Shown here: positions 48,618-58,801 of the stretch, piece by piece
How the letters are laid out: each line of letters starts with the position of its first letter
How positions within the stretch are numbered: position 1 is the first letter of the stretch
Assembly (NCBI GenBank): GCA_964518565.1
Contig: CAZFGX010000001.1
Location: 360,409 to 424,408 of the forward strand
Source: an uncultured Gammaproteobacteria bacterium
Lineage (GTDB): Bacteria; Patescibacteriota; Microgenomatia; CAZETR01; Amesbacteraceae
DNA length: 64,000 bases
Direction: 5' to 3'
Program-made: the position numbers and the translations under genes
The notes under the pieces: generated by a model
Told to the model about the DNA's origin: nothing
Seen by the model: only the letters and a program-made list of their open reading frames with translations
The model's database searches: none

Positions 48618-50651
48618 GTGTTTAAGCTTCATAGTAATTACAAACCCACAGGAGATCAGCCTACAGCTATAAAACAGCTTTCTGCTGGCTTAGACAAAGG
48701 TCTCGATCATCAAGTACTTTTGGGTGTTACTGGTTCAGGTAAGACCTTCACTATGGCCAATGTAATTCAGCATTATCAGATGCCTACGTTGGTCATATCT
48801 CACAACAAGACTTTGGCTGCCCAGCTGTATCAAGAATTCAAGGAATTTTTCCCAGAAAATGCCGTGTCCTATTTTGTCTCTTATTATGATTATTATCAGC
48901 CAGAAGCGTATATTCCCCAAAGTGATACCTATATCGAGAAAGAAACTGATATCAACGATGAGATCGACAAGCTGCGATTAGCCGCCACAACAAATCTTCT
49001 TACCCGCAAAGACACTATTGTCGTCGCTTCTGTTTCCTGTATTTACAATCTTGGTTCACCAGTCGAGTATGGCAAATCTATTTTAGATTTAGTCGAAGGT
49101 CTCCAAGTGACACGGGATCAAATTTTCATGCGTTTAAATGATATTCAATATGTTCGTTCAGATTACGATTTTCATCGTGGAACCTATCGTATTCGCGGCG
49201 ATGTGGTGGATATTTATCCAGCATACGAAGATGTATGTATTCGTGTACACCACAATCTGGGCAAAATCATGCGAATCGAAAAACTAAATCCTTTGACTGG
49301 TGACCAGATTCCTTGGCCACCAGAACAAATGTCGCACCGAGTGACTATTTATCCAGCCAAACATTATATTGCTGGCAAAGACAACCAGGCCGAAAAATTG
49401 ACCGAAATCATGGCCGACATGGAAGCACAAGTCAAACATTTTGAAAGTATTGGCAAGCCACTCGAAGCCCACCGAATCAAACAACGAGTCACCTATGATA
49501 TCGAAATGTTACGCGAACTCGGGTATGTCAACGGTATAGAAAATTATTCTCGCTACTTTGATGGCCGTAATCCCGGTGATCCTCCGTATGCACTGCTTGA
49601 ATACTTCCCTAAAGATTATTTGCTAATCATCGACGAATCACACATGAGTCTGCCGCAAATTCGTGGCATGTACAATGGCGATCGAGCCAGAAAATCCGTG
49701 CTTATTGATTATGGTTTCCGCCTCCCAGCAGCGCTCGACAATCGGCCATTACGTTTCGACGAATTCCAACGCCGCCAAGGCAAAACCGTCTATGTCTCAG
49801 CTACTCCAGACGAGTATGAAGTCTCGCTCGCCGAAGGCAATATTGCCGAACAATTAATTCGTCCTACTGGTCTAGTTGATCCGAAAATTGAAATTCGCCC
49901 CACTGATGGCCAAATTGCCGATTTAGTCAAAGAAATAAAACTCCGCACCGCCAAAAAACAACGCGTGCTAGTCACTACGTTGACAAAACGCATGGCCGAA
50001 GATCTGACCAGCTATCTACTCGAGCAAGATATTAAGGTTCAATATTTACATGCCGACGTAGAGACGCTAGAGCGTCTAGATATCTTGGCCGATTTGCGCA
50101 CTGGGTCGTACGATGTGGTCGTCGGTATCAATTTGTTGCGCGAAGGCTTAGATCTGCCAGAGGTTTCTCTGGTGGCTATTTTAGATGCCGACAAAGAAGG
50201 TTTCTTGCGTTCTCGTACTTCACTTATTCAGACCATGGGTCGGGCTGCTCGTCACGTAGAAGGTGTCGTGATTATGTACGCCGACAAAACCACAGATTCT
50301 ATGAAAGCGGCCATTGGCGAAGTCGAACGTCGCCGAGAAATTCAAATCAAATACAACACCGATCACAATATTACACCTCAATCGATTATGAAAGCTGTTC
50401 GTGAACGTATTGTGGAAAAGACTTCGGACGAACCCATCAAGCTCGACCCCAAACAAATCCTCAAATCCAAACGCCTTATTGATGCCGCCGATGTAGACAT
50501 GTCCAAGGTCAACCAACTCGCGCCTTCTGATATGACCAAACTGCTCAAAATGATGTCTCGTCAAATGCATGAAGCCGCCAAACAGTTAGATTTTGAAACC
50601 GCCGCCAAAATCCGCGACCGAATTCAAGAGATAGAAAAAATTGCTCAATAA
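48618..50651 (+). CDS. uvrB: excinuclease ABC subunit B
   Basis: (M)FKLHSNYKPTGDQPTAI, Walker A GVTGSGKT, helicase motifs, C-terminal UVR-domain motif (AAKQLDFETAAKIRDRIQEIE); no in-frame ATG near the conserved N-terminus, so GTG at 48618 is proposed (ORF opens at 48552). Confidence 0.85.
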   Translation: MFKLHSNYKPTGDQPTAIKQLSAGLDKGLDHQVLLGVTGSGKTFTMANVIQHYQMPTLVISHNKTLAAQLYQEFKEFFPENAVSYFVSYYDYYQPEAYIPQSDTYIEKETDINDEIDKLRLAATTNLLTRKDTIVVASVSCIYNLGSPVEYGKSILDLVEGLQVTRDQIFMRLNDIQYVRSDYDFHRGTYRIRGDVVDIYPAYEDVCIRVHHNLGKIMRIEKLNPLTGDQIPWPPEQMSHRVTIYPAKHYIAGKDNQAEKLTEIMADMEAQVKHFESIGKPLEAHRIKQRVTYDIEMLRELGYVNGIENYSRYFDGRNPGDPPYALLEYFPKDYLLIIDESHMSLPQIRGMYNGDRARKSVLIDYGFRLPAALDNRPLRFDEFQRRQGKTVYVSATPDEYEVSLAEGNIAEQLIRPTGLVDPKIEIRPTDGQIADLVKEIKLRTAKKQRVLVTTLTKRMAEDLTSYLLEQDIKVQYLHADVETLERLDILADLRTGSYDVVVGINLLREGLDLPEVSLVAILDADKEGFLRSRTSLIQTMGRAARHVEGVVIMYADKTTDSMKAAIGEVERRREIQIKYNTDHNITPQSIMKAVRERIVEKTSDEPIKLDPKQILKSKRLIDAADVDMSKVNQLAPSDMTKLLKMMSRQMHEAAKQLDFETAAKIRDRIQEIEKIAQ

Positions 50652-50668
50652 TTTGTTAGACTAGATAC

Positions 50669-51169
50669 ATGCCTGAGTCAACTACGGGTTTAGATTATTT
50701 GACGAAAGAAAAACGTCGCAAATTTCCACTTCGAAAAGATCATGTAGATAAAAAACGCTCAGGCGAAAATAAAAAACATTTTTTGAAACGTGAAGAAAAA
50801 GCTGAAACAGCATATCAGCGTCATAAATTACCCCGTTTCGATGAAGAAATAGGTGAACCAGAATTAATCGAATCCCCATCACCTTTCCCTTCAGCTGAAA
50901 CAGAGCCTGAAATGCTCAAAGCAGAGCTAATGTACGAATTAAGTAATGAAGTCTGGAATTTAGTAAATGAAACTGATAAATCCGAAGAGAACAAGTCTCG
51001 TTACACAATAGAACAAATATTTTCGACTGCCGAGGTAATAGCTGTGTACGCAAAAAAGTATCCTGACCTAGACCTATCTCGTCCAATGCGACGGTTAATG
51101 GAAAATACGCAAGTGATGTTTAGTGAGTCTTTTAGTCCGATTGTTGAAGATGAGGATGTGATGCAATAA
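50669..51169 (+). CDS. hypothetical protein (166 aa; basic N-terminus, acidic C-terminus)
   Basis: ORF between uvrB and giant ORF; no domain recognised. Confidence 0.5.
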   Translation: MPESTTGLDYLTKEKRRKFPLRKDHVDKKRSGENKKHFLKREEKAETAYQRHKLPRFDEEIGEPELIESPSPFPSAETEPEMLKAELMYELSNEVWNLVNETDKSEENKSRYTIEQIFSTAEVIAVYAKKYPDLDLSRPMRRLMENTQVMFSESFSPIVEDEDVMQ

Positions 51170-51202
51170 GCAGATTGGAGTCATGCTAATGGCGTACGAA
51201 TA

Positions 51203-54200
51203 ATGTATCAGATTTGTAAAACAGCCAACGTCTTTCCTACTCGATTAGTCGACCGTTCGCCAACGCTTGGAATTCCAGAGAGTGACCTACTCAATAGTCG
51301 AGACGCGCTGCTAAATTTAGTAGCAGAAGCGGGTAAGTTTAGTAACGAAAAACAAGCAGACGATTGGATAGAATCTACAGCTTCGCGTATTTCTGAATTC
51401 ACCATGAGTCGTGCTCAGATCCAAGCAGAGGCTATTAAATCCAGCCTGAGTCCAGTAGTTATTAAAGATACAGTCCGTAGCATGCTTACTTCAGAACATA
51501 ATGTGGATTTCGATCAGTATTCATTGCAAACAATCGCTGCATTAGCCGAAGCTACAAATATGCCTGGTCCTTTTATGGAAAATGACCAAATTCGTGAACA
51601 TGTTATAAAACAAATTAGCTATACATATACACGCGTAGACGATGGTGTCTATTGGCAGGCCAGACGAAGTGAATGGATTAGTGCATACAAAAAATTATTT
51701 GGCGAAGATCTCGAAGCTGCTGTCAGTACAGAAGATTTGGCAAGAGTCGCAAGTCAATATTTCGATTGGTTGCGTGACGGCAATCAACTAACAAAAGATC
51801 AGATTCATATCTTAACTCGCGATAAAGACAAATTTTACCCCGGAGGTGATGTAATGAATCGTTTTATTACTCAAGAAGTATATAAATATTTAAATCAGGT
51901 AGACAAAGACACGCAAAACTTTGGCAGAATTGAACTATCATATAGAAATTTTATAAACCATCTTCGAACATTTTCCCAAGACTATTTAGACAATGACCCG
52001 ATATTGGCGAGTCCTGAGAATCCACAACTACTTGGAAATATAGAATATTTTTTATCCAGCAAAGATTTTTTACACCAACAAGATAGATTGGTTGATTTCT
52101 TACATGCTGTTGATGAGTCACTGGGCTGTCCCGTCTCACAAGAAATAAATTTAGGAATAGCATTTTTACACAGCAATATTGAATCTTTAGTAGACAATAT
52201 GCCGGAAAGTTATAAATCATACAAATCCTTAGCTGAAAAAATATCCTGCAATTTTTCATTTACACCCGAGCAAGCCAGTCAGCTAATAGCCAAATTGATC
52301 AATAAATACCAATTTTCCAACTACACCACTCCGAGAGCCCTCTCTGAAGATATAAAAAAAATGTATCAGTTGTTGGGTCAGGCGCCAGATCGAGAACGGG
52401 ATGTCATGCTTCTGACAAGAAAAGCCTACGATTCTGCCTGGGGTTCAGAAACCAAACTTGAAGAAATGCGCGATGAGTTTAGCCTGAATTATGATCCAGA
52501 TAGGCTGCAAGCAATTCAAAAAAACTGGACCAACAGATTTTTAGAGCGACCAACAGACAATGGTATGTCATTGATTGCAGCTGCAAAATATGCCGCGTTT
52601 CGACCGACAGGTGAACAAGGTGTAAGTCAAAAAGCGGTCGAATCTAGATGCTGGAGTCTACTTCGATCCAAAAACGGTATCCACCAAATTGAACTACTTC
52701 GTGAAGCAACAGGTATAACTCCCACATTCGATGATCAAAATCGTCTCAATCAAGCATATGCTGGCGCGCTTTTTGATAAAGATTTTAGTTTGTACAAATC
52801 AATTCAATCGCTGACCGGCATTCAGCCAGATTTTTCCGACCGGCAAGTAAACTCTGCTGTAAAAGGCTATATCAAATATTGCATATCAAGTAGAGGACAT
52901 GGTTTTAAGGAAACAGTTACTGAACTTAGTGAACAACTTGGAGTACCCCTAAATTATAACGAAGACGAACTTAAAGAAATTTTACGTTCGTCTTTAGGTG
53001 TGCCTCAAGAATCCAGTCCAGTCGTGAAAGAATTCTTGACTCGAATAACTGGCAAAACTGAACTGCCATTTGAAATGGTAAATGGGTCAGTTCAGTCCCT
53101 ATACCACAGGATTATTAATCGTGCTGGAAATATGGATATCATGGTTTCAAACCTACAAGAATTTACCGGTATCAAACCAGAATGGAATCAAAAAGAAGTT
53201 TTAGATTCAATGGCAGCGTTTATAAGCACTCCTTTCGTTTGCGTCAAAATAGCCGAGACAACCGGCATTAAACTTTCCATGGCTGATGAAAGTTTTATTC
53301 ATCATGTCAAAGATCAGTATATAAAATTTTTAATCCGCAAAAATACTTCTGCTGCCGAAGCATTGATTGTGGCTTTTGGTAAAGAAATAACAGTTTCTCC
53401 AGCTGATGCTGTTCAAATATTAAAAGATAATTATATATCTGCAAAAACAGATCTGACAGGCATGCTGGATCTGGTCGAACAAGCCAAAGAGGGTGGGGTA
53501 TTTTCCCTAGATGCTCAAAGGATTGACCAACTGGTTCAAGAGTGGGCCAATGTCGTATCTACGTCAGACACCACTAGTCGAGTAGGAGAACTACGTCTGG
53601 CCTGTGAAAAATTTGGCTTCTCTTATTCAAAATTATCCTCTCCAGCGCAACAAAAATTTGCCGCGTGGTTTTTGGATCCTCAGGTGGCCAACGAAGCTAG
53701 ATATTTTGCCACATCGCCAAAAACAGAAATTCAAGAGCCATTTAAACGTGAATTGGAACAAGTTCTAAAAAAGACCCTTATATCAAATTCACCAGAGCAT
53801 ATGTGCACACTGCTCGATAACGTCAAAGACAACTATCCGTCTTTGGCTGAACAAGTTCGTTCGCGAATATATATCCAATGTAGAGACAATTTGAGCCGTA
53901 TTATCGTTTTATCTGGTTTAGATGATTGGGTTCCTTTGTTGGAGACAATGGCCCCATCACCTCAAGAACGACAAAGTTTTTACGCCCAAATCATGGAAAA
54001 TCGTGTACCTAATCCAAATGAAATGGAACAATTTATTAAATATTCGTTACTCGCTGGCAAGCAAGTAGATTTAGAACAATACACCACACCATTAATCAAT
54101 AGTTTTATGTTAAACCCTCTCTCTGCTACCAGCTTCTTTTCGGTACTCGACGGTTTGTCTGAAAAAAACCCAGCCATAAAATTTTCATATTCCCAATTAA

Positions 54201-57200
54201 AAAAACATCCCTGGATCGACTCCTTTAACAAGCTTGTCCTACTCCAACGTCGTACTACTAACACAGAGCATGATCCCTGGGTGAAAGAGCTTCCTGGTTT
54301 GCTAAGCACCATCAAGTCAAATCATCAATTAGATTTTGATAGTTCAGCACAGGCTCGAGCCTTCAATCGATATTTTGAAAATTTTGGCATGTTAAACTTA
54401 CCCACTATTTTTGGCATGTATTTCGAATTAGGGACGACAGATATCAAAAACATAGATCCAAATATGCAAAAAACTCTAGCGGAAATTGGCATTGCCACTA
54501 CATTTTCAGGTGGAAAACCACGCGAAATGCAAGATATATTTGTAGATTTTGAAGCCTTTTGTCACCAGTTTCGCATTTCGCTCACCCACGATAGGCTGCC
54601 TCCTGGCATCCAGACAGCGGTAGGTCGTGAATATTACGAATATTTACGTGGCGCCTCTAGCCATTCAAGCAGTACTTATTCTACCGAACAGGTCTTGCGC
54701 CAAGTAGAAAATATGTACACCAGCCAACCAGAAAAGTACAAAGTCCCCGAATATTTACAACCTGCCACATTCACCGTCGAGTCAAAAAAAAGAAACAATT
54801 CTTCAGCCATAACCAAAGAAAAAGCCGTCGCCACCAAAAAAATTCTTGAAAGCAGTCAGTCGACCGAAGTGTTTAGAGCTCCCTATGCGGCCATGTCAGA
54901 AGCGTTTTCTACTCCTCGTACATTGTCAGAAATGCGTGATCAAGTCGTAAACACCCTTGAAGCAAAACAAACAAAAATGCTCCAAACACTAGGCTGGTCT
55001 GTAGAAAATCTAGATGTTTTATTGGCCAATTCCGAATCATCAGATAGAAAAACAGCCGGTCTAGTCGAAAATCTCAAAGGCGTCAGAACTGCTATGACAG
55101 ATATTAGACAGACCGCCAACATAGCTGTTGAACCGGGTACAGAAGCTGAAACCGGATATGTGGAACAGGTCGCTTTTTTGACAGCGTTGGCAAAAAATAT
55201 TTCTCAAGTCAAAATCGAATCACTGCGCACCGCCTCTTTGCAATTTTTTGCCTCGTTGCAGTCTCCTGAGATGAAAACTCAAATGTTGGGTATTAAAAAT
55301 TTGATCGATATAGCTGATCCAACAGGTGCGTACTACTATGCAGATGCACTAAAAAACAACGTGTTAGAACATTTCTTATTTAACACTGGCACACCTGAAG
55401 AAATACGTGCCCATTCGGGCCACCAACCATTTGATCCTGAAACTCATCATGCTATTGCCAAAGCTTTAGGGGTAAATGTTATGCAACAAGACAAACGATC
55501 AACCATCCCTATCGACGCACTACTTGACCGGCTAAAGCAGTTAGATGAAGAAACCGAAGAAGCCAGTAAAATAAAAGAAAATATATCAATGATTCCTGTG
55601 GGGGGTATTGGCCTTGTTATGGCTCCGTATTCCGGTGATATGTGCGCTTCGAAACTTGATATGGATATTGCTCGAACAACTAAATACCCTGGGCTAAATG
55701 CATATATGTATGTCACAAATGAAGGCAAGTCAAATGAAAAAATTGTCGGTAGTATGTTTGTCATGTCCACGAAAAGTGAAGATGGAGCACCGACACTTTT
55801 ATTCCGGGCAAATAATCCCCGCCAAAATTACATCAAAGATATGAATGCGGAGCAGTTTGTAAAAGCCTCCGTCGGCCATATTGTAGACGATGCTCGACGT
55901 CTCTGGGCCACTCAAGAGCCCAGAACAAAAGTCAGAGTTGTCACCCCAATTGATGGAGCTAGTCAAAGTGCCACAAATCGGCCAGATATTTTTGCCGCTA
56001 CCTTGAGTCTGTTGGGTCAACCAAAACCCATTCCGCTCGAATATTCAGAGACGACATATTTTAACCAGTATGCAAGTTACGACTCCACCCTAACTCAGCC
56101 AGGTTATAATCGTGCCAGCCGACTAGTATTTGAAATAGACAACGATGGCACAGAAACCTGGCATGCCAAACAAGATTACATGGGCATAAATAAGCAATCC
56201 GAGCATTTTCCTGCCCCTGCCTTATCTATCAAACAATTGGATTCCAACTCTGGTCGAGAAATAGAAGGTATCGCTTCAGCGGAGCTCAACTTCCGCCGTT
56301 TGCGTAGTGATAGAGACTATTCAGTATTGTCTCAAAATTCTCGTATCACCGGTTCGGAAAATTTTTCAAAATATGTCTATTTCATTGATACGGTTGGAGA
56401 AGAAGATATCCAGACATTGCAAGTCGAAGCCCCACATTGGCGATCCGTCACCTCCAAAGAACCAGAAGTAAAATTTGAATACAACTTCACGACACCAGAT
56501 GGAAATGTAATTAGCGAACCATATTTTGTAGCAAATACAAAAGGCTGTGGGTACACCAAACCCACTGCCAAAGGTCAAAATTTCGCCAACTATTCCAGTT
56601 GGACATTAGATCCAAAAAATTCCGAATCCAAAGTCTATGGATGTATTTCCGAATGGGAAGGGGAAGATACTAGTTTTTATGTCGAAAAATCAAACGAACT
56701 GACTGCAGCCGGCTTACGCTGTGAAATGAATTGGGCTACGACAAAAGTTGAAGCTTTGCCGTTTCGGGGTAAGATGCGTTCCGTAGCATGGTTAAAACAA
56801 CATGGAGTATTGCCTAATGATCCAGATTATTTCCCAGTCATAAATGTCCGTCTTCTAAAAACTAATACCCGAATAGAAGAAGCTCTTGAGGCTTCTGGGC
56901 GTCGAAAAGAAATTTTTAACGAAGCGTTTGAAACCTTTAACAAAGAACAAGCCTACAAAGGCCAGTCAGTATTTCCAGTCGAATCGCAAATTACCAAAGA
57001 TGCTTATTTTAAATTTTTCTTTGAATCGATGGCCAAAAATATGGCCGTCTTATTAAACGGGGATTATATCTATGCCGGAGATTCATCGTCACTTCACTCT
57101 TCAAATGTCAGCATGGCTGCTGAAGTAATGGATATCGATACGGTACACATAAATTCAGAAAACGCCCAAGACAATCCGGAACAATTAGTTCAAACGTTTG

Positions 57201-57493
57201 GCGTCGCATTGGGACATTTAAAAGATATGGGCAATGTTGCCACTGGATTACGTGATCTACTCAATGCTGCCGACGCAGCCAAGATCAAGTATCAAGGCGC
57301 CGAAGATTTGGTCGATATGTTTATGGCAAAGTTGGATCAAGAGTTGTCAGAAGAAAAACTTAACGTATTCGATCACAAAAAAGAGGACGTGACAAAATGG
57401 ATGGAGTGGCTACTTAGAAAGGTCGTCATCAATGGTGATGGACTTCCGTCTCTAAAGCGGGTAGATATATCAGAGTGGGGCAGAACCCGATGA
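51203..57493 (+). CDS. giant hypothetical protein (2096 aa), no signal peptide or TM segments, internal roughly 40-aa repeats
   Basis: single uninterrupted ORF of 6.3 kb; composition similar to neighbouring genes; repeated xxTGIxP modules at aa 496-710. Confidence 0.7.
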   Translation: MYQICKTANVFPTRLVDRSPTLGIPESDLLNSRDALLNLVAEAGKFSNEKQADDWIESTASRISEFTMSRAQIQAEAIKSSLSPVVIKDTVRSMLTSEHNVDFDQYSLQTIAALAEATNMPGPFMENDQIREHVIKQISYTYTRVDDGVYWQARRSEWISAYKKLFGEDLEAAVSTEDLARVASQYFDWLRDGNQLTKDQIHILTRDKDKFYPGGDVMNRFITQEVYKYLNQVDKDTQNFGRIELSYRNFINHLRTFSQDYLDNDPILASPENPQLLGNIEYFLSSKDFLHQQDRLVDFLHAVDESLGCPVSQEINLGIAFLHSNIESLVDNMPESYKSYKSLAEKISCNFSFTPEQASQLIAKLINKYQFSNYTTPRALSEDIKKMYQLLGQAPDRERDVMLLTRKAYDSAWGSETKLEEMRDEFSLNYDPDRLQAIQKNWTNRFLERPTDNGMSLIAAAKYAAFRPTGEQGVSQKAVESRCWSLLRSKNGIHQIELLREATGITPTFDDQNRLNQAYAGALFDKDFSLYKSIQSLTGIQPDFSDRQVNSAVKGYIKYCISSRGHGFKETVTELSEQLGVPLNYNEDELKEILRSSLGVPQESSPVVKEFLTRITGKTELPFEMVNGSVQSLYHRIINRAGNMDIMVSNLQEFTGIKPEWNQKEVLDSMAAFISTPFVCVKIAETTGIKLSMADESFIHHVKDQYIKFLIRKNTSAAEALIVAFGKEITVSPADAVQILKDNYISAKTDLTGMLDLVEQAKEGGVFSLDAQRIDQLVQEWANVVSTSDTTSRVGELRLACEKFGFSYSKLSSPAQQKFAAWFLDPQVANEARYFATSPKTEIQEPFKRELEQVLKKTLISNSPEHMCTLLDNVKDNYPSLAEQVRSRIYIQCRDNLSRIIVLSGLDDWVPLLETMAPSPQERQSFYAQIMENRVPNPNEMEQFIKYSLLAGKQVDLEQYTTPLINSFMLNPLSATSFFSVLDGLSEKNPAIKFSYSQLKKHPWIDSFNKLVLLQRRTTNTEHDPWVKELPGLLSTIKSNHQLDFDSSAQARAFNRYFENFGMLNLPTIFGMYFELGTTDIKNIDPNMQKTLAEIGIATTFSGGKPREMQDIFVDFEAFCHQFRISLTHDRLPPGIQTAVGREYYEYLRGASSHSSSTYSTEQVLRQVENMYTSQPEKYKVPEYLQPATFTVESKKRNNSSAITKEKAVATKKILESSQSTEVFRAPYAAMSEAFSTPRTLSEMRDQVVNTLEAKQTKMLQTLGWSVENLDVLLANSESSDRKTAGLVENLKGVRTAMTDIRQTANIAVEPGTEAETGYVEQVAFLTALAKNISQVKIESLRTASLQFFASLQSPEMKTQMLGIKNLIDIADPTGAYYYADALKNNVLEHFLFNTGTPEEIRAHSGHQPFDPETHHAIAKALGVNVMQQDKRSTIPIDALLDRLKQLDEETEEASKIKENISMIPVGGIGLVMAPYSGDMCASKLDMDIARTTKYPGLNAYMYVTNEGKSNEKIVGSMFVMSTKSEDGAPTLLFRANNPRQNYIKDMNAEQFVKASVGHIVDDARRLWATQEPRTKVRVVTPIDGASQSATNRPDIFAATLSLLGQPKPIPLEYSETTYFNQYASYDSTLTQPGYNRASRLVFEIDNDGTETWHAKQDYMGINKQSEHFPAPALSIKQLDSNSGREIEGIASAELNFRRLRSDRDYSVLSQNSRITGSENFSKYVYFIDTVGEEDIQTLQVEAPHWRSVTSKEPEVKFEYNFTTPDGNVISEPYFVANTKGCGYTKPTAKGQNFANYSSWTLDPKNSESKVYGCISEWEGEDTSFYVEKSNELTAAGLRCEMNWATTKVEALPFRGKMRSVAWLKQHGVLPNDPDYFPVINVRLLKTNTRIEEALEASGRRKEIFNEAFETFNKEQAYKGQSVFPVESQITKDAYFKFFFESMAKNMAVLLNGDYIYAGDSSSLHSSNVSMAAEVMDIDTVHINSENAQDNPEQLVQTFGVALGHLKDMGNVATGLRDLLNAADAAKIKYQGAEDLVDMFMAKLDQELSEEKLNVFDHKKEDVTKWMEWLLRKVVINGDGLPSLKRVDISEWGRTR

Positions 57494-57506
57494 TATAATC
57501 TCTCCC

Positions 57507-57830
57507 ATGTCCAAAGAATGTCCAGTCATTTCCCAGCTGCGTGAATCATTAGAGATGGATTTGCAGGTTGCCATACCCCATGTTGTAAATACACGAGAGC
57601 CGTATGTGAGTATTACGCCTCTATTGCCACTAGAGTGCCAATCTTGCAGATTCAAAGCCACAGCTGAGACCCAATTTACTGTTGGACTTCGAGGTGGAGA
57701 TATAGGTGGAGCATTCAGACAATCTGCTGGGCAATCCTGTGACCAAATCCAAAAAAATCCTGCTAACTCAAAAGATATAACTCCCACCTTGGCAAATATC
57801 GTCCGGACGATCATGACTTCGGCTAAATAA
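57507..57830 (+). CDS. small hypothetical Cys-containing protein (107 aa)
   Basis: ORF starting 14 nt after giant ORF stop; competing antisense ORF would run through a terminator hairpin. Confidence 0.35.
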   Translation: MSKECPVISQLRESLEMDLQVAIPHVVNTREPYVSITPLLPLECQSCRFKATAETQFTVGLRGGDIGGAFRQSAGQSCDQIQKNPANSKDITPTLANIVRTIMTSAK

Positions 57831-57840
57831 TAAAAATTGC

Positions 57841-57878
57841 AAAAAAAAGGCCGGACAATGCTTTCGCACTCTCCGGCC
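57841..57878 (-). terminator. rho-independent terminator (GGCCGGA/TCCGGCC stem + U8 on minus strand)
   Basis: plus-strand A8 57841-57848 then hairpin 57849-57878; downstream of minus-strand TRAM gene. Confidence 0.6.
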
Positions 57879-57910
57879 ACAGAACAATTAATTACACATT
57901 GTCGAATAAG

Positions 57911-58801
57911 CTACAGACCCAAAAGAGTCTTTCCACCTACGCTGACCCACTCGTTGCGCTGTTTGGCTACCTTTGCCTCAAATGCCGAAGGGGCACCTGA
58001 CTGCAACAAGCGTGATTGTTTGGGAGGAGGAGTTCGGAGCAATTCCAGTCGGCGCATTTCAGCGATTTGCGCCTCGGTGTGCTCCATTGAGCCAAACAAG
58101 CGGCTCATCTTTTTGGAGTAAACCACTAGTTTTCGATTCCGACCTTTCAGAGCGCGACGTGCACGCTTCCGATCGACTACTTCTGCGAGTCGAGCCAAAA
58201 TCTGCTCATCCGTCATCCGGCTGATCACCTTTGGCTGCGGGAGAACAACTGGCGTGATTCTGACCGGCATGTATGCCGGGTTCACGTTCAACTGTTTTGC
58301 CTCTTTCTCGATCTTTTTGTCGATCTTTGGCGGCTGATTAAAAAATCTTGCCCTCAGCACAATGCCGTGGTGGTCGTCAGGACATTCTCCGGCAAATACA
58401 AACTTATCGATTTTGCCGGGCTTGGCACTTGAGGGTACATAGACCCTCCGTCCATCCACCTCTACAAAACGTAGATCGCCATCAGCACAAACCAGCCACA
58501 TGTAGGTCTGTCCCACAACCAAGCTTGAGACTTTTGTATCATCAAGTCTTGCAACGAGACAATTTTTCCCCACATGAACGATTTTGACCTTGTGGGTACC
58601 AAGAGGTACCCCATGACCAAAAACTATCACTTTTCCGAGCCTGCCAACGGGATCAACTCCTCGCTGATTTGGCTCAAACGTAATCGTGTGCACATCTCCG
58701 ACCTTTGTTGGAGGGTTTTGGAGTTGTGCACGTGGGGTCTGCTGAACATTTTGAGAGTTGAAATTTGAACGAGTTGCAACTGGCATAACTAACGTAGTCA
58801 T
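57911..58801 (-). CDS. TRAM-domain protein with basic C-terminal region
   Basis: segment KVGDVHTITFEPNQRGVDPVGRLGKVIVFGHGVPLGTHKVKIVHVGKNCLVARL matches TRAM beta-barrel pattern; start at MTTLV with GGAAGG RBS; GC about 50%. Confidence 0.5.
   Translation of the reverse strand: MTTLVMPVATRSNFNSQNVQQTPRAQLQNPPTKVGDVHTITFEPNQRGVDPVGRLGKVIVFGHGVPLGTHKVKIVHVGKNCLVARLDDTKVSSLVVGQTYMWLVCADGDLRFVEVDGRRVYVPSSAKPGKIDKFVFAGECPDDHHGIVLRARFFNQPPKIDKKIEKEAKQLNVNPAYMPVRITPVVLPQPKVISRMTDEQILARLAEVVDRKRARRALKGRNRKLVVYSKKMSRLFGSMEHTEAQIAEMRRLELLRTPPPKQSRLLQSGAPSAFEAKVAKQRNEWVSVGGKTLLGL

Noticed and set aside
57470-57880. 136-aa minus-strand ORF opposite the small gene 57507-57830
   Set aside because: It would be translated straight through the 57849-57878 terminator hairpin and overlaps the giant ORF stop. 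The plus-strand ORF is preferred, though neither is certain.
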